A DNA stretch of 59,722 bases from an uncultured Aminicenantes bacterium (GTDB lineage: Bacteria; Acidobacteriota; Aminicenantia; UBA2199), in assembly GCA_965195285.1 (NCBI GenBank), contig CBDAFS010000050.1, forward strand, positions 1 through 59,722, given 5' to 3'. Made by a program: the position numbers and the translations under genes. Below, one piece after another: positions 1-9,425 of this stretch (position 1 is the first letter of the stretch; every line of letters begins with the position of its first letter). The notes beneath the pieces are model-generated. The model was not told the origin of the DNA and did not search any database. It saw nothing but the letters and a program-made list of their open reading frames with translations.

Positions 1-219
1 GTCATTGCCCTGGGATTCCAGCTGAATAACGGTTCTCTGGTTGGGCCACGGGATATGTTTTCCGATGTCAGTTTTGACCTGGCCCGTCAGCAGTCAAACG
101 AAATTGCCAACTACATCCGCCGACATGGTCCTTTTGAACCCCATCGTCTTCCGCTTTCGGATATGGAATACACCACCCTTCCCCAGGTTTTGGGTAAATT
201 GAAAGATAGATTTAAATAA
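1..219 (+). CDS. fbp: Fructose-1,6-bisphosphate aldolase/phosphatase (class V FBPase), 3' partial
   Basis: Frame 1 reads VIALGFQLNNGSLVGPRDMFSDVSFDLARQQSNEIANYIRRHGPFEPHRLPLSDMEYTTLPQVLGKLKDRFK*. RRHGPFEPHRL and MEYTTLP are C-terminal signatures of this family. Not in the ORF track. Confidence 0.9.
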   Translation, partial: VIALGFQLNNGSLVGPRDMFSDVSFDLARQQSNEIANYIRRHGPFEPHRLPLSDMEYTTLPQVLGKLKDRFK

Positions 220-251
220 CTTCTATTTGGCTTTATAACCTGGTTTTACAT

Positions 252-923
252 TCATTGTGGTTCATCCGGAGTATTCCATACCGGGTACATCTCCATGATA
301 TGCTGGCTGGCCGCAAGTAAATCATCGGCAATGAAATCAGCCGAATCAAATCTCTGTCCCCTGGTATATTCAGAAGGTATGGCAATGACATAACAACCGG
401 CCCGTTTACCCGCCACAACACCGTTCTCAGAATCCTCCAGAACCAGACATTGACCTGAATGTAGTCCCAGACCCTGGCAGGTCTTGATATAAATTTCCGG
501 ATCGGGCTTGCCGTTCCGAACGTCATCTGAAGTCTGGCAGAAAGCAAACACATCCCTCAATTGAAGTTTATCCAATACAATGTCCAGGAATTCCCGGGGC
601 GCACCTGTAGAAATGGCCAACTTCATTTTTGCCTTGAAGTTTTTTATGATTTCATACAGACCATCCATGGCCACCAGGTCATTTTTCAATTTGTCTCTCA
701 TCATTTGATTTCTCATTCCGAGAATCTCTTCCTCTCCAACCGGGATATTCAGGTCCTTGATAAAAATCCGGATACTCTCAACGGGTTTCCGGCCCATCAT
801 TTTCCATAGGGTTTGATCACTGACCGTTTGTCCGAACCGGTATGCGATTTGCCTCTGACTCTCAAAATAGAGTCTTTCACTGTCGATCATCAGCCCATCC
901 ATGTCTAAAATGAGTGCTTTCAT
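252..923 (-). CDS. HAD-superfamily hydrolase (beta-phosphoglucomutase/CbbY-like)
   Basis: Motif I DMDGLMIDSE, GKPDPEIY and EDSENGV. Confidence 0.9.
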   Translation of the reverse strand: MKALILDMDGLMIDSERLYFESQRQIAYRFGQTVSDQTLWKMMGRKPVESIRIFIKDLNIPVGEEEILGMRNQMMRDKLKNDLVAMDGLYEIIKNFKAKMKLAISTGAPREFLDIVLDKLQLRDVFAFCQTSDDVRNGKPDPEIYIKTCQGLGLHSGQCLVLEDSENGVVAGKRAGCYVIAIPSEYTRGQRFDSADFIADDLLAASQHIMEMYPVWNTPDEPQ

Positions 924-1091
924 AGGAAATTTAAATACAACATCATTGGGATTATATCCAACCCGGTCAGTTTAAACCTATTTTTAATTTTCCATTCTAA
1001 CACAAATAAAAAATATCTGATATCATAATCCGGTATTGACAACCTTTTACTCATCTGGAAAAATGATATATATAACCACGGATATAAAATA

Positions 1092-1817
1092 ATGAAACTC
1101 AGAGAATTACCCGTATTGAAATTGTTATTCAACTGGTTAGATTCCGCCAATGCCGCCGCCGAGGGAATCATTGAGGCCACCAGAACCCAGCGCCATGTGA
1201 AGTTTCATCTGGTGGTTGCCTTCATTGTACTGTTTGGTTGTTTTTTGATCGGGGTCGAAAAATTCGAGTTTATAGCCATAGCCCTGATCACACTTCTGGT
1301 TATAGTCGCAGAGATGTTTAACTCTTCTCTGGAAGTAGTGGTGGACCTGACATCACCCGAGAGGAATGAAAAGGCACGTATTGCCAAAGATATTGCTGCC
1401 GGTGCGGTATTGATCACTGCGGTTGGCGCATTGATTATTGGCTACTTGATTCTTTGGCCATATTTCATTCGGATTGTCAATGATGGATTCTGGATCGCCA
1501 AGCACTACCCGGAAAATATTGCGGTCCTTGCGGTTATCATTATCATGCTTACGGTCATCATGCTCAAAGCCCTTCTGGGTAAAGGTCACCCGCTAAAAGG
1601 AGGCTGCCCCAGTGGGCACACGGCCGTGGCTTTTTCTATCTGGATATCCATTACCTACATCAGCAGCAATATATTTGTATTGGTTATTAGCCTCATCATG
1701 ACCCTGCTTATTGCCTTCAGCCGGCTTTTTCGAAACACCCATTCCATTCTGGATATCTTTGTCGGTGCAACCCTGGGAATCCTGACCACTTTTACCCTGT
1801 TCTGGATATTCTATTGA
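1092..1817 (+). CDS. dgkA: Diacylglycerol/undecaprenol kinase (DgkA family) fused to a PAP2 phosphatase domain
   Basis: N-half has EMFNSSLEVVVD and AKDIAAGAV; C-half has PAP2 motifs PSGHT and SRL...H. Confidence 0.88.
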   Translation: MKLRELPVLKLLFNWLDSANAAAEGIIEATRTQRHVKFHLVVAFIVLFGCFLIGVEKFEFIAIALITLLVIVAEMFNSSLEVVVDLTSPERNEKARIAKDIAAGAVLITAVGALIIGYLILWPYFIRIVNDGFWIAKHYPENIAVLAVIIIMLTVIMLKALLGKGHPLKGGCPSGHTAVAFSIWISITYISSNIFVLVISLIMTLLIAFSRLFRNTHSILDIFVGATLGILTTFTLFWIFY

Positions 1818-1937
1818 GAATTGACCCCTGGTTATTCCAGACAGCCTATCTCAATTACCATGACAATAAAGGAAGCCTTATTGAAATAATGTTCAATTTT
1901 ATTTATCATATGATTTACAGAACGTCGAGGAGGTAAA

Positions 1938-2387
1938 ATGAAAAAATTTTTTATCGTTTCGATAGCTATTTTAGTTGGGTCAATAATGCTTTCCGGTTAC
2001 AGTTCAAAATTGGAAGAAAAACTCTTTTATAATCAGGGTTTTTTCGGAGCCTCCTTCCTCTATCAAACCTATTTTACAATTGGGATGGCCTCGGATGCCT
2101 GGACCCAGGGTTCCTACACATTGGAAAACACCCAGACAATACTGCAAACCAGCGTGAATTTTCTGGATATTTCTGTCAAAACCTTAAAGGAATTAACGCT
2201 TTTCTCCATTACTACAGATGACCGGAATACCCTGCTTCAAATGATCGATATCGCTTCAGATTTAAAAAAACAGGGTTCGTTTATGCTTCAGTATATGGGT
2301 TCAAAAAACAAGCAAGATCTTGATAATTATGAGCTTAATCGAAAGCAGGCCTGGGAAAAAGTCAGTAATTTAATGGGTTTAGAATAA
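1938..2387 (+). CDS. Hypothetical exported helical protein
   Basis: GAGGAGG RBS, signal-peptide-like N-terminus, 149 aa. Confidence 0.75.
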   Translation: MKKFFIVSIAILVGSIMLSGYSSKLEEKLFYNQGFFGASFLYQTYFTIGMASDAWTQGSYTLENTQTILQTSVNFLDISVKTLKELTLFSITTDDRNTLLQMIDIASDLKKQGSFMLQYMGSKNKQDLDNYELNRKQAWEKVSNLMGLE

Positions 2388-2453
2388 ATATTCCGTAAAA
2401 GTTGAATAAAATAGCCTGAAAAACAGTATTGGATATAGCTTAAGGAGGAAATA

Positions 2454-2939
2454 ATGGATAAAGTAATCATCAGACCCGAACCTAAACAAAAAACCATGTG
2501 GATGCTGGGCTGGGCCCTGCAATTCATTCTATTTTTTATTGCAGATCTGGTTTTCATATTGGTACTCGAAAGCCCCGCTAATCTTATTTTGGGTATCACC
2601 ATAAGCAGCTGTTTATTCATCATGTTGCTGATTTTGCTATGGATACCGGCTTTTTACCGCTCGCTGGAATATTCCATTGACAGTGATTCAATATCAGGTA
2701 AAAAAGGGGTATTCTGGAGAAAAACCGTTACCATCCCTTATTTTAAAATCACCAATATTGACATCACACAGGGACCCGTACAAAGATGGTTCAATATCGG
2801 AACCATTCATTGCCAAACCGCAGGGATGGCCGGTCCTCAGGGACAAAAGGCCGAGCTCAGATTCCAGGGTATCAAAGACCTGGAAGCAGTAAAAGAGATG
2901 ATCAGGGAAAAAGTTAAAAATTTCGTCAACTCAAAGTAA
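2454..2939 (+). CDS. Membrane protein with bacterial PH domain (bPH_2/YdbS-like)
   Basis: Two TM helices followed by KKGVFWRK..IPYFKITNIDITQGPVQRWFNIGTIHCQTAG; AGGAGG RBS. Confidence 0.85.
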   Translation: MDKVIIRPEPKQKTMWMLGWALQFILFFIADLVFILVLESPANLILGITISSCLFIMLLILLWIPAFYRSLEYSIDSDSISGKKGVFWRKTVTIPYFKITNIDITQGPVQRWFNIGTIHCQTAGMAGPQGQKAELRFQGIKDLEAVKEMIREKVKNFVNSK

Positions 2940-2942
2940 AAT

Positions 2943-4031
2943 GTGCCTGATAACCAGGTCAACCGGAAAACAATGAAGAAAATTTACAAACAATTGGCAG
3001 AACACCTGGATCGAATCCCCAATGGTTTCCCGGAAACCGAAAGCGGAGTGGAATTAAAAATCCTGACAAAATTGTTCACTCCGGAAGAGGCTGAGGTAGC
3101 CTGCGCCATGAGCTTGAAACCTTTATCGGCCAAGGCAATTGCAGAAAAATACCTTCAACACGAACGCCAAACGTTCATCGTGTTGAAGGGAATGGTTAAA
3201 AAAGGTTTGATTGATATTGAAAGAGGCCATGATGGATTGCTATTCAAACTGATGCCCTTTATTGTCGGTTTTTATGAACGTCAGAATGCCCAAATTGATA
3301 AGGAATTCGCCGAATTGTTTGAGCAATATTACCGGGAGGCATTACATGGCATGATGACCATTTCCCCTTCTGTTCACAGGGTCATCCCCATTGAAAAAAC
3401 AATTCCGCTCAATATTGAAGTAATGCCCTATGAAAGGGCTTCCCATTACCTTGAGCAGGCAAACTCATGGGGGGTACTGAACTGTATCTGCCGGGTTCAA
3501 AAAAGTCTCATCGGTGAGGGATGCCAGCATACCATCGAGAATTGTCTGGCATTTTCCCACAAGCCCAATGCCTTTACCCGGGTTAACAGTATTCGCTCAA
3601 TCTCAAAGGCAGAGGCATTCCAGATACTGTCCCAGGCCAGCAAGGAAGGTCTGGTTCATTCCACTCAGAACACCCAGGAGGGAGTTGATTATATCTGCAA
3701 TTGCTGTTCATGCTGCTGCGGGCTGCTCCGGGGAATCATAGAGTATGGAAGTCTAAATGCTGTGGGAAGATCGGATTTTTATGCCAGTGTAGATGAGTCA
3801 CTCTGTAATGGCTGCTCCGTCTGTATTGAACACTGTCAGTTTCAGGCACTTGAGATTATCAGCGATCTCAGCCAGGTAAATAGAGAACGCTGCTTTGGCT
3901 GTGGTCTGTGTGTTGCCTTCTGCCCTACCGAAGCGCTTCAACTCATACCCAAGTCTATTGCTGAAACAGATCCACCGCCAAAGTCTGAATCCGAGTGGAG
4001 AGAAAAGAGAAAAAAAGCCCGCCTGACCTGA
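2943..4031 (+). CDS. 4Fe-4S dicluster domain-containing protein
   Basis: C-terminal CxxCxxCxxxC twice (CNGCSVCIEHC, CFGCGLCVAFCP), central ICNCCSCCCG, N-terminal HTH-like segment. Confidence 0.88.
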   Translation: MPDNQVNRKTMKKIYKQLAEHLDRIPNGFPETESGVELKILTKLFTPEEAEVACAMSLKPLSAKAIAEKYLQHERQTFIVLKGMVKKGLIDIERGHDGLLFKLMPFIVGFYERQNAQIDKEFAELFEQYYREALHGMMTISPSVHRVIPIEKTIPLNIEVMPYERASHYLEQANSWGVLNCICRVQKSLIGEGCQHTIENCLAFSHKPNAFTRVNSIRSISKAEAFQILSQASKEGLVHSTQNTQEGVDYICNCCSCCCGLLRGIIEYGSLNAVGRSDFYASVDESLCNGCSVCIEHCQFQALEIISDLSQVNRERCFGCGLCVAFCPTEALQLIPKSIAETDPPPKSESEWREKRKKARLT

Positions 4032-4061
4032 GAGAATTGCCAAGAAAACAGCACATACCGA

Positions 4062-4298
4062 TCAGGACTCTTCCACTTCTTTTTTGAACCTGCCCCTCAG
4101 TCTTTCGAGTTTGCTTTCTGGTATATATTGATTGACATATCCACAATTCAAGCAAACATAAGATCGGGTTTTGGAACCGGACACACTGAAGACACCGCTG
4201 GGGATAAAGACATTGGACACACCTCCGATACCCAGGTATCCAAAACACAGATTTTCACCCCCACAGGCCACACAGCATAATTTACTAACGGTTTCCAT
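4062..4298 (-). CDS. Small zinc-ribbon protein (78 aa)
   Basis: CVACGG and CLNCGY pairs. Start reassigned to ATG 4298, which follows a GGAGG RBS. Confidence 0.75.
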   Translation of the reverse strand: METVSKLCCVACGGENLCFGYLGIGGVSNVFIPSGVFSVSGSKTRSYVCLNCGYVNQYIPESKLERLRGRFKKEVEES

Positions 4299-4378
4299 AG
4301 ATGCCTCCATTTTATTATTATAGCACGAATAAAAAATGCTATCATTCAGCAAAGGAAGCGAATAATTATACATAAAAA

Positions 4379-4464
4379 AAATCCGAAGCACGAAGCACAA
4401 AATCCTAAACAAACACAAATGTTCGAATAACCAATGACCAAAACAATATTCGGATTTCGAATTT
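4379..4464. repeat. Degenerate ~7-bp periodic repeat with a short inverted repeat
   Basis: aaatccg-aagcacg-aagcaca-aaatcct...aataacc-aatgacc; aaatccgaa (4379-4387) is inverted to ttcggattt (4449-4457). Confidence 0.55.
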
Positions 4465-4506
4465 ATTGGTTTTTCAGAAAACTTTTAGTAGATATAAAAA
4501 ATTTGT

Positions 4507-5319
4507 TTAAAGGGCATAACAATAGAGACAATTGAACCGGCAGGTTCCGTATTGACCGATATCCACACTCTGCTGGCACCAACAACCAGGACGTTGTCCC
4601 CGGTCTTGTTGATACTTAATTTTCAGGTTAAAAATCGAATTGATCAATGAATCATCAATACATTTTCCCTTTTTGATGATGGATTTGGTTCCATTCAGCT
4701 CTTCGGCGCAGCCCTGTATCTTCACTCCATGATCTTCGGCTGTGCGTGACAGGAACACCAGCAATTCCTCCAACTTTTCCGGTTTCTCCCGTATATCCAG
4801 TGGTTTAAATCCTATTTTTTTAAATCGCTTTTTCACCTTGGGATACATATCAACCAAACTGACTATGACCTTCTTTGAATAGGGAGAAATTAATTCGATC
4901 AACTCCAAAAAGTTCTGCTGGTGAAAAGACAGCGGTGTCTCCGGTGAGATGATTATCGGATCATAGCGCCATATGATCCTGGATTTCCCGATTCTGTATT
5001 CCAGCATTTGCAGGGTTCGCCTCAATGACTTCAATTCCAGAGAATACGGTTCGAGGAAATCAGGATAGTTGTTTATGGTGATCAAAAAATAGTAGGGTAT
5101 ATTCATTTGATCAATAATATCAAGCATTGGAATAAATGGTAACGGATTCCGGGTCCAGAAAACAAAGACATCTACATTTTCACGGTGGAGAGAGACGGTA
5201 CGCTCATACCCGTGATTAAATGGATTTTTAACCTTCACCTCACCTTGTTTCAAATTCCGGACAAACCATTCCCCGAAAAAATATGGAATATCTGTACGTC
5301 GTGATACACTGACTATCAT
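4507..5319 (-). CDS. DUF1848 domain protein
   Basis: MIVSVSRRTDIP, FVFWTRNP, WRYDPI and C-terminal DIGQYGTCRFNCLYCYA. Confidence 0.92.
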   Translation of the reverse strand: MIVSVSRRTDIPYFFGEWFVRNLKQGEVKVKNPFNHGYERTVSLHRENVDVFVFWTRNPLPFIPMLDIIDQMNIPYYFLITINNYPDFLEPYSLELKSLRRTLQMLEYRIGKSRIIWRYDPIIISPETPLSFHQQNFLELIELISPYSKKVIVSLVDMYPKVKKRFKKIGFKPLDIREKPEKLEELLVFLSRTAEDHGVKIQGCAEELNGTKSIIKKGKCIDDSLINSIFNLKIKYQQDRGQRPGCWCQQSVDIGQYGTCRFNCLYCYAL

Positions 5320-5372
5320 CGATTTATTAAAGAACAGTTATTCAAAACAATGAATATAGTATCGAAAACCAA

Positions 5373-6425
5373 TCACTTTTTCTTTATCAATATGATGGAC
5401 AGGTCATCATGCTGAGGTGCTTCTCCAACAAATTGCTGAATTTTTTCCACCATTAGCAGGCCCGCTTCATGGGTTGGCTTATTTTGCAGCTCCTTAACAC
5501 ACTCCAGTAATCTATCCTGGCCAAAAAACTCCCCGGCTTCATTTTGGGCCTCGGTGACTCCATCTGAATATATAATTAAGATATCTTCCTTTTGTAATTC
5601 GACCTGTCGACACGAATATTCAACCCGAGGGGAAATACCCAGGGCCCGGTCTCCCTTCTCAAAGAACAGGATTTCCTTTCCTTTTAGTATCAGAGGAGGG
5701 ATATGACCTGCATTTAACATTTCTATCTGATTCGATTGTGAATTTAATTCCAGGTAAATCAGGGAGGCAAAGCTTTTCGGGACCGTGTCCCGGTGAAATA
5801 TTTCATTAATTTTATTGGCCAACTCGGCGATTGAGTCAAACTCATTAACCAAAGCCCGCAGGGTGGACTGTAATTTTGCCATAAACAGCGCAGCAGAAAG
5901 CCCCTTTCCTGAAACATCTCCCAGGGCCAGACCAAAACGATTTTTGTTTAATCGAATATAATCAATCAGGTCTCCGCCTACATCATTGGCTGGTTTTGAA
6001 TACAACCATACCTCCCAGCCGGGAATTTTTGGGCTCATTTCCGGAAGCAATGCTTCCTGAACCGAGCGTCCGGCAATCAGTTCATCCCGGGCCAGCAGTT
6101 TGTCTTTCAACTCCATCATTAAAATAAACAGTAGGATTATTCCTCCCATTATTTTAAAATTACTGTCAACCCTTAAATTGGTTTCCCCGATGGTGGCGCT
6201 GACATTCATAAAAATCAAAATCAAACTGACAACAAGTAACATACGCCGTACCGGAGTGAGTTTTAAATACATTCCTTTAAATAACCAGATGATGGTAAAA
6301 AACCAGTTTTTCAAACGGCCCATATTACCCAGTTGCTGGATACGTTCTTCTTCCAAATAGAATTCCTTGGCTTCTTTGAAATCCCGCTTGATGGTTTTTT
6401 TGATATCTTCGAGGTTTAATTTCAT
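5373..6425 (-). CDS. Membrane PP2C/SpoIIE (RsbU-like) serine phosphatase
   Basis: VGGDLID, GDVSGKG, NAGH, YSDGVTEA and HDDLS motifs; two TM helices. Confidence 0.92.
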   Translation of the reverse strand: MKLNLEDIKKTIKRDFKEAKEFYLEEERIQQLGNMGRLKNWFFTIIWLFKGMYLKLTPVRRMLLVVSLILIFMNVSATIGETNLRVDSNFKIMGGIILLFILMMELKDKLLARDELIAGRSVQEALLPEMSPKIPGWEVWLYSKPANDVGGDLIDYIRLNKNRFGLALGDVSGKGLSAALFMAKLQSTLRALVNEFDSIAELANKINEIFHRDTVPKSFASLIYLELNSQSNQIEMLNAGHIPPLILKGKEILFFEKGDRALGISPRVEYSCRQVELQKEDILIIYSDGVTEAQNEAGEFFGQDRLLECVKELQNKPTHEAGLLMVEKIQQFVGEAPQHDDLSIILIKKK

Positions 6426-6527
6426 TGTATTTTCGTCATTTCATTAGGTTGACGATATATCACAATAATAAATCAGTTTTGATTTTTTTTCAATGCAAAC
6501 CTTTATATTGACCAGTGTGGGGCCAAC

Positions 6528-6553
6528 CCCGGGTTTTCACCCGGGTTTTTTTT
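6528..6553. terminator. GC-rich hairpin with flanking T/A run
   Basis: cccgggt-tttc-acccggg followed by T8 on the + strand; lies between two minus-strand genes, so its orientation is ambiguous. Confidence 0.5.
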
Positions 6554-6588
6554 GATTCGAGGAGGCTTTCTAGGAAGCTATTATTCAA

Positions 6589-7557
6589 TCAAATATGGTA
6601 AACTGTTTTGATATTCCTGAATTTTTTATGAAGTCTTTCTTTCACTTCTTCCAGTCTTTTTTTAATGTTTTCCATCTTTTTATGCAAAATGATTTTGCAC
6701 TCATCCACATCGGGAATTTCAATATGAAATTCAGGAATACGAATTTCGGGGATTTCAATCATGACCTTATCATCGGATTTCCATTTAAAAATATTGTACT
6801 TAGCGTGTCCGCTTTCTTCTCCCAGTTCAACGGTAAGCATTCTTTTCTTGCGGTGTCTGACAATGGTCAATTCAACTTTATCTCCTCCCTTTCGATCATC
6901 CAGAAATTCATGAATGTCTTCAGGTTTGGATATTTCCTGCTTGCCCATCCCGATAATGACATCTCCGGCCAATAGGCCGGCTTTCTCTGCCGGACTGTCT
7001 TTTTCTACCTTCAGGATCAAAACCCCCTCATCCATCTTCCTGCCAAAGTAATCGGCAAGTTCATCATTCAGCCGGCGCAGATGAACTCCCATATAGGATT
7101 TTTTGTTTATATAAAAATGAAATCCTTTTTTATCCGGCAGAAAAAAATGTTTAGCATGTGATTTCAATTTCCCCAGTGTAACCGAAACCACCTTGCTCTT
7201 TTTCTGGTGTATCAGTTTGATTTTCACCTTGGTATCCGGTTCAGTGCTTCGTACGGCATCCACCAGGTCTTCGGGAGTTCGAATTTTGTCATCTCCGAAA
7301 TATTGAATCACATCATCCTCTTTGATGCCTGCTGATTCGGCAGCTTCACCTTCAACCACCTGAACCACCCGTACCCCATAGCTTACACCGTATTCTTTCC
7401 TTTCCTCAGGCGACAATTTGTCGATTGAAACGCCCAGATATCCCTTTCCCGGGCTTTTTTCGGCTGACAGGGATAAGGATGATCCGACTACCAGCAGGGT
7501 AATTATGAACATGGTAATGACCTTGCTGTTGGCTAACCACTTTTCAAATCCTTTCAT
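6589..7557 (-). CDS. Exported protein with two PDZ domains
   Basis: GYLGV and SYMGV carboxylate-binding loops, SPAEKAGLLAGDVI; no trypsin protease domain recognisable. Confidence 0.88.
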   Translation of the reverse strand: MKGFEKWLANSKVITMFIITLLVVGSSLSLSAEKSPGKGYLGVSIDKLSPEERKEYGVSYGVRVVQVVEGEAAESAGIKEDDVIQYFGDDKIRTPEDLVDAVRSTEPDTKVKIKLIHQKKSKVVSVTLGKLKSHAKHFFLPDKKGFHFYINKKSYMGVHLRRLNDELADYFGRKMDEGVLILKVEKDSPAEKAGLLAGDVIIGMGKQEISKPEDIHEFLDDRKGGDKVELTIVRHRKKRMLTVELGEESGHAKYNIFKWKSDDKVMIEIPEIRIPEFHIEIPDVDECKIILHKKMENIKKRLEEVKERLHKKFRNIKTVYHI

Positions 7558-7590
7558 GTTATACCTCCAAAATGTTCATACTCATCCCCT

Positions 7591-7619
7591 AAGATGCAGA
7601 TATTATGAAAAAGTTTTCA
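7591..7619 (-). promoter_or_regulatory. Putative ECF-sigma promoter
   Basis: Minus strand TGAAAAC-N16-CATCTT upstream of the PDZ gene. Confidence 0.4.
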
Positions 7620-7669
7620 AATGCTGATTTTTTTTGTGAACTGTAAATTTTAAAATTATACTTTCTTCA

Positions 7670-8587
7670 TTAATGATCCGCTATTGCTTTTTGCTTTAAT
7701 TTTTCAATTATCTTCGCATCTACCCAATAAATATCGCCTTTACCCCGTTCTCCCGATGTAAAGAAGAGATATTTCCCATCATGGGTTACAAAAGGCAGAC
7801 CAGCATTCATTCCAAGATTTATTTCTTCTGGTACGCTCCAGTTTCCATCTTCTTTCTTAAATGAGTAAAACAAGACACTGTTCATTTTTTGTGCAGGCCT
7901 TCTTGAACCGAAAATCATATAACTTTCATCTGTTGATATATAAGGGTGCATACTTTGCTTTTCTTTATCCAAAGGATAACCTAACTTTTCAAGCTTGAGA
8001 TATTCACCATTAACTTCCTTAATTATGCCTAAACATTCACTGCCTGGTCCACCGGAAATATCCGTAGTATAAATTGTCCCGTCTTTAGTTGAAGAAATAT
8101 GCATCGCTTTTGCGGGATTAAAAGGAGGTCCCGGATTTATTGGTTCTCCCCATTCTGTTCCCTTGCGCTCAACATACAAAATGTTCATTGGAGGTCCCGG
8201 TTGTCCGGGAATAGGTTTCCCTGACTGGAAATAAAGCCTTTTATTATCCGGAGTTACCCAGGGCTCAAATGAGAATTGCTTTTCAACAAATGGAGCCACA
8301 TCGACTTCTGTCCAAACCTCATCAACTAATTTGCTTACCATAATGACAGTCTGTTTTAATTCCGGATGCCTTCGAGTGAAGTAGAATTCATTTCCATCTG
8401 GTGAAAAGCAGCATGAAAATTCATGGGATTCAGTAGATACAATTCCGGTCGCAAAGATTTTCGGTATCATTCCCGGAGGTTTCTGACCGAGATATGATCC
8501 GGTAAGTTTTGGAAATTCTTTTCCCTGCGAAAACAGTGTGATTGCTGAAATTACCAGTAAATAAATAATAATAAATGATCTTTTCAT
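7670..8587 (-). CDS. Exported PD40/TolB-like beta-propeller protein
   Basis: Signal peptide, YLGQKPPG, FSPDGNEFYF, DGKYLFF and GDIYWVDAKII. Confidence 0.85.
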   Translation of the reverse strand: MKRSFIIIYLLVISAITLFSQGKEFPKLTGSYLGQKPPGMIPKIFATGIVSTESHEFSCCFSPDGNEFYFTRRHPELKQTVIMVSKLVDEVWTEVDVAPFVEKQFSFEPWVTPDNKRLYFQSGKPIPGQPGPPMNILYVERKGTEWGEPINPGPPFNPAKAMHISSTKDGTIYTTDISGGPGSECLGIIKEVNGEYLKLEKLGYPLDKEKQSMHPYISTDESYMIFGSRRPAQKMNSVLFYSFKKEDGNWSVPEEINLGMNAGLPFVTHDGKYLFFTSGERGKGDIYWVDAKIIEKLKQKAIADH

Positions 8588-8607
8588 TTTTGTATTCCTC
8601 CATTATT

Positions 8608-8763
8608 TTAGTTTTTAGATTTCAATTCTTCAATAATTTTTACATCTACCCAGTAGACATCTTCAGAACCGTTTCCGGGGCTGTTCAGGATTTTCAGCTT
8701 TCTTTCATAAATCAGCGAGATTTCCAAAAAGGGCTCGTGTAATATCCTGTTCCTAGAAAAGAT
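8608..8763 (-). pseudogene. C-terminal remnant of a PD40-family paralog
   Basis: Reads IFSRNRILHEPFLEISLIYERKLKILNSPGNGSEDVYWVDVKIIEELKSKN*, matching the neighbour's GDIYWVDAKIIEKLK end. The frame opens directly at the stop of the upstream gene and has no ATG. Confidence 0.7.
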
Positions 8764-9216
8764 TTAATGTTTGTGAGAATGGTAGACTTTGGCCACAATC
8801 TTCCAGCCATCATCGAACTTCAGGAGAGAAAGATAGTCGGTATAAACAAGCTTCCGCTTTTTAAATATTTCCACCTTGGCTGTAGCACACCCACCTGTAA
8901 CATCCAGGCTGGTGATTCTGCAATCTCTGGCCACCTGAGCAGGATCGAAACCTGGATCGCTCTTTCTCTTCTCGGTTCTCTCGATCCAGATGCCAATCGG
9001 ATACTTGCCCAGCTTCTTTCCCTTGGCCGAAAAGATGGCAAAATCAGGATGAAAACCCTTTTTCATACTATCGGTATCGAGATCATTGAACGCACCATTG
9101 AAGTAGGCACTTTTAATGACCTGTTCCACTGCCGCCTTGTCATCCCCACCGAAGAGGTTACCGAAAATCAACAGAGTCAATACCAGACTCCAGATAATAA
9201 TAAATGTTTTTTTCAT
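8764..9216 (-). CDS. Exported NTF2-like (putative lumazine-binding) protein
   Basis: GFHPDFAI and YTDYLSLLKFDDGWKIVAKVY; signal peptide; AGGAGG RBS. Confidence 0.85.
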   Translation of the reverse strand: MKKTFIIIWSLVLTLLIFGNLFGGDDKAAVEQVIKSAYFNGAFNDLDTDSMKKGFHPDFAIFSAKGKKLGKYPIGIWIERTEKRKSDPGFDPAQVARDCRITSLDVTGGCATAKVEIFKKRKLVYTDYLSLLKFDDGWKIVAKVYHSHKH

Positions 9217-9377
9217 AACTTGCCTCCTGTTTATTATTTTTTATTTAAAGATTTTTTTTTAATTCTTCAATTATCTTTGCATCCACAAAGTCATTTCAAA
9301 AATATTTCGATTCTAATACTCAATATATTTAATCTAATGAAAAAATCAATAGGCCAAAAGTCACATTTCATCCCCTA

Positions 9378-9411
9378 ACCAGAACCCGGAATTAAAATTC
9401 CAGGCTCTGGT
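9378..9411 (-). terminator. Hairpin downstream of the MBL gene
   Basis: Minus strand accagagcctggaatt-tt-aattccgggttctggt pairs fully when G-U pairs are allowed. Confidence 0.55.
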
Positions 9412-9425
9412 CACATGCTACTTCC

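Noticed and set aside
6451-6481. ECF promoter upstream of the SpoIIE gene (CAAAAC...CGTC)
   Set aside because: The spacer is 21 nt, too long for an ECF promoter.
8767-9378. 203-aa + strand ORF
   Set aside because: It is antisense to the NTF2-like gene, which has an RBS, signal peptide and family motifs.
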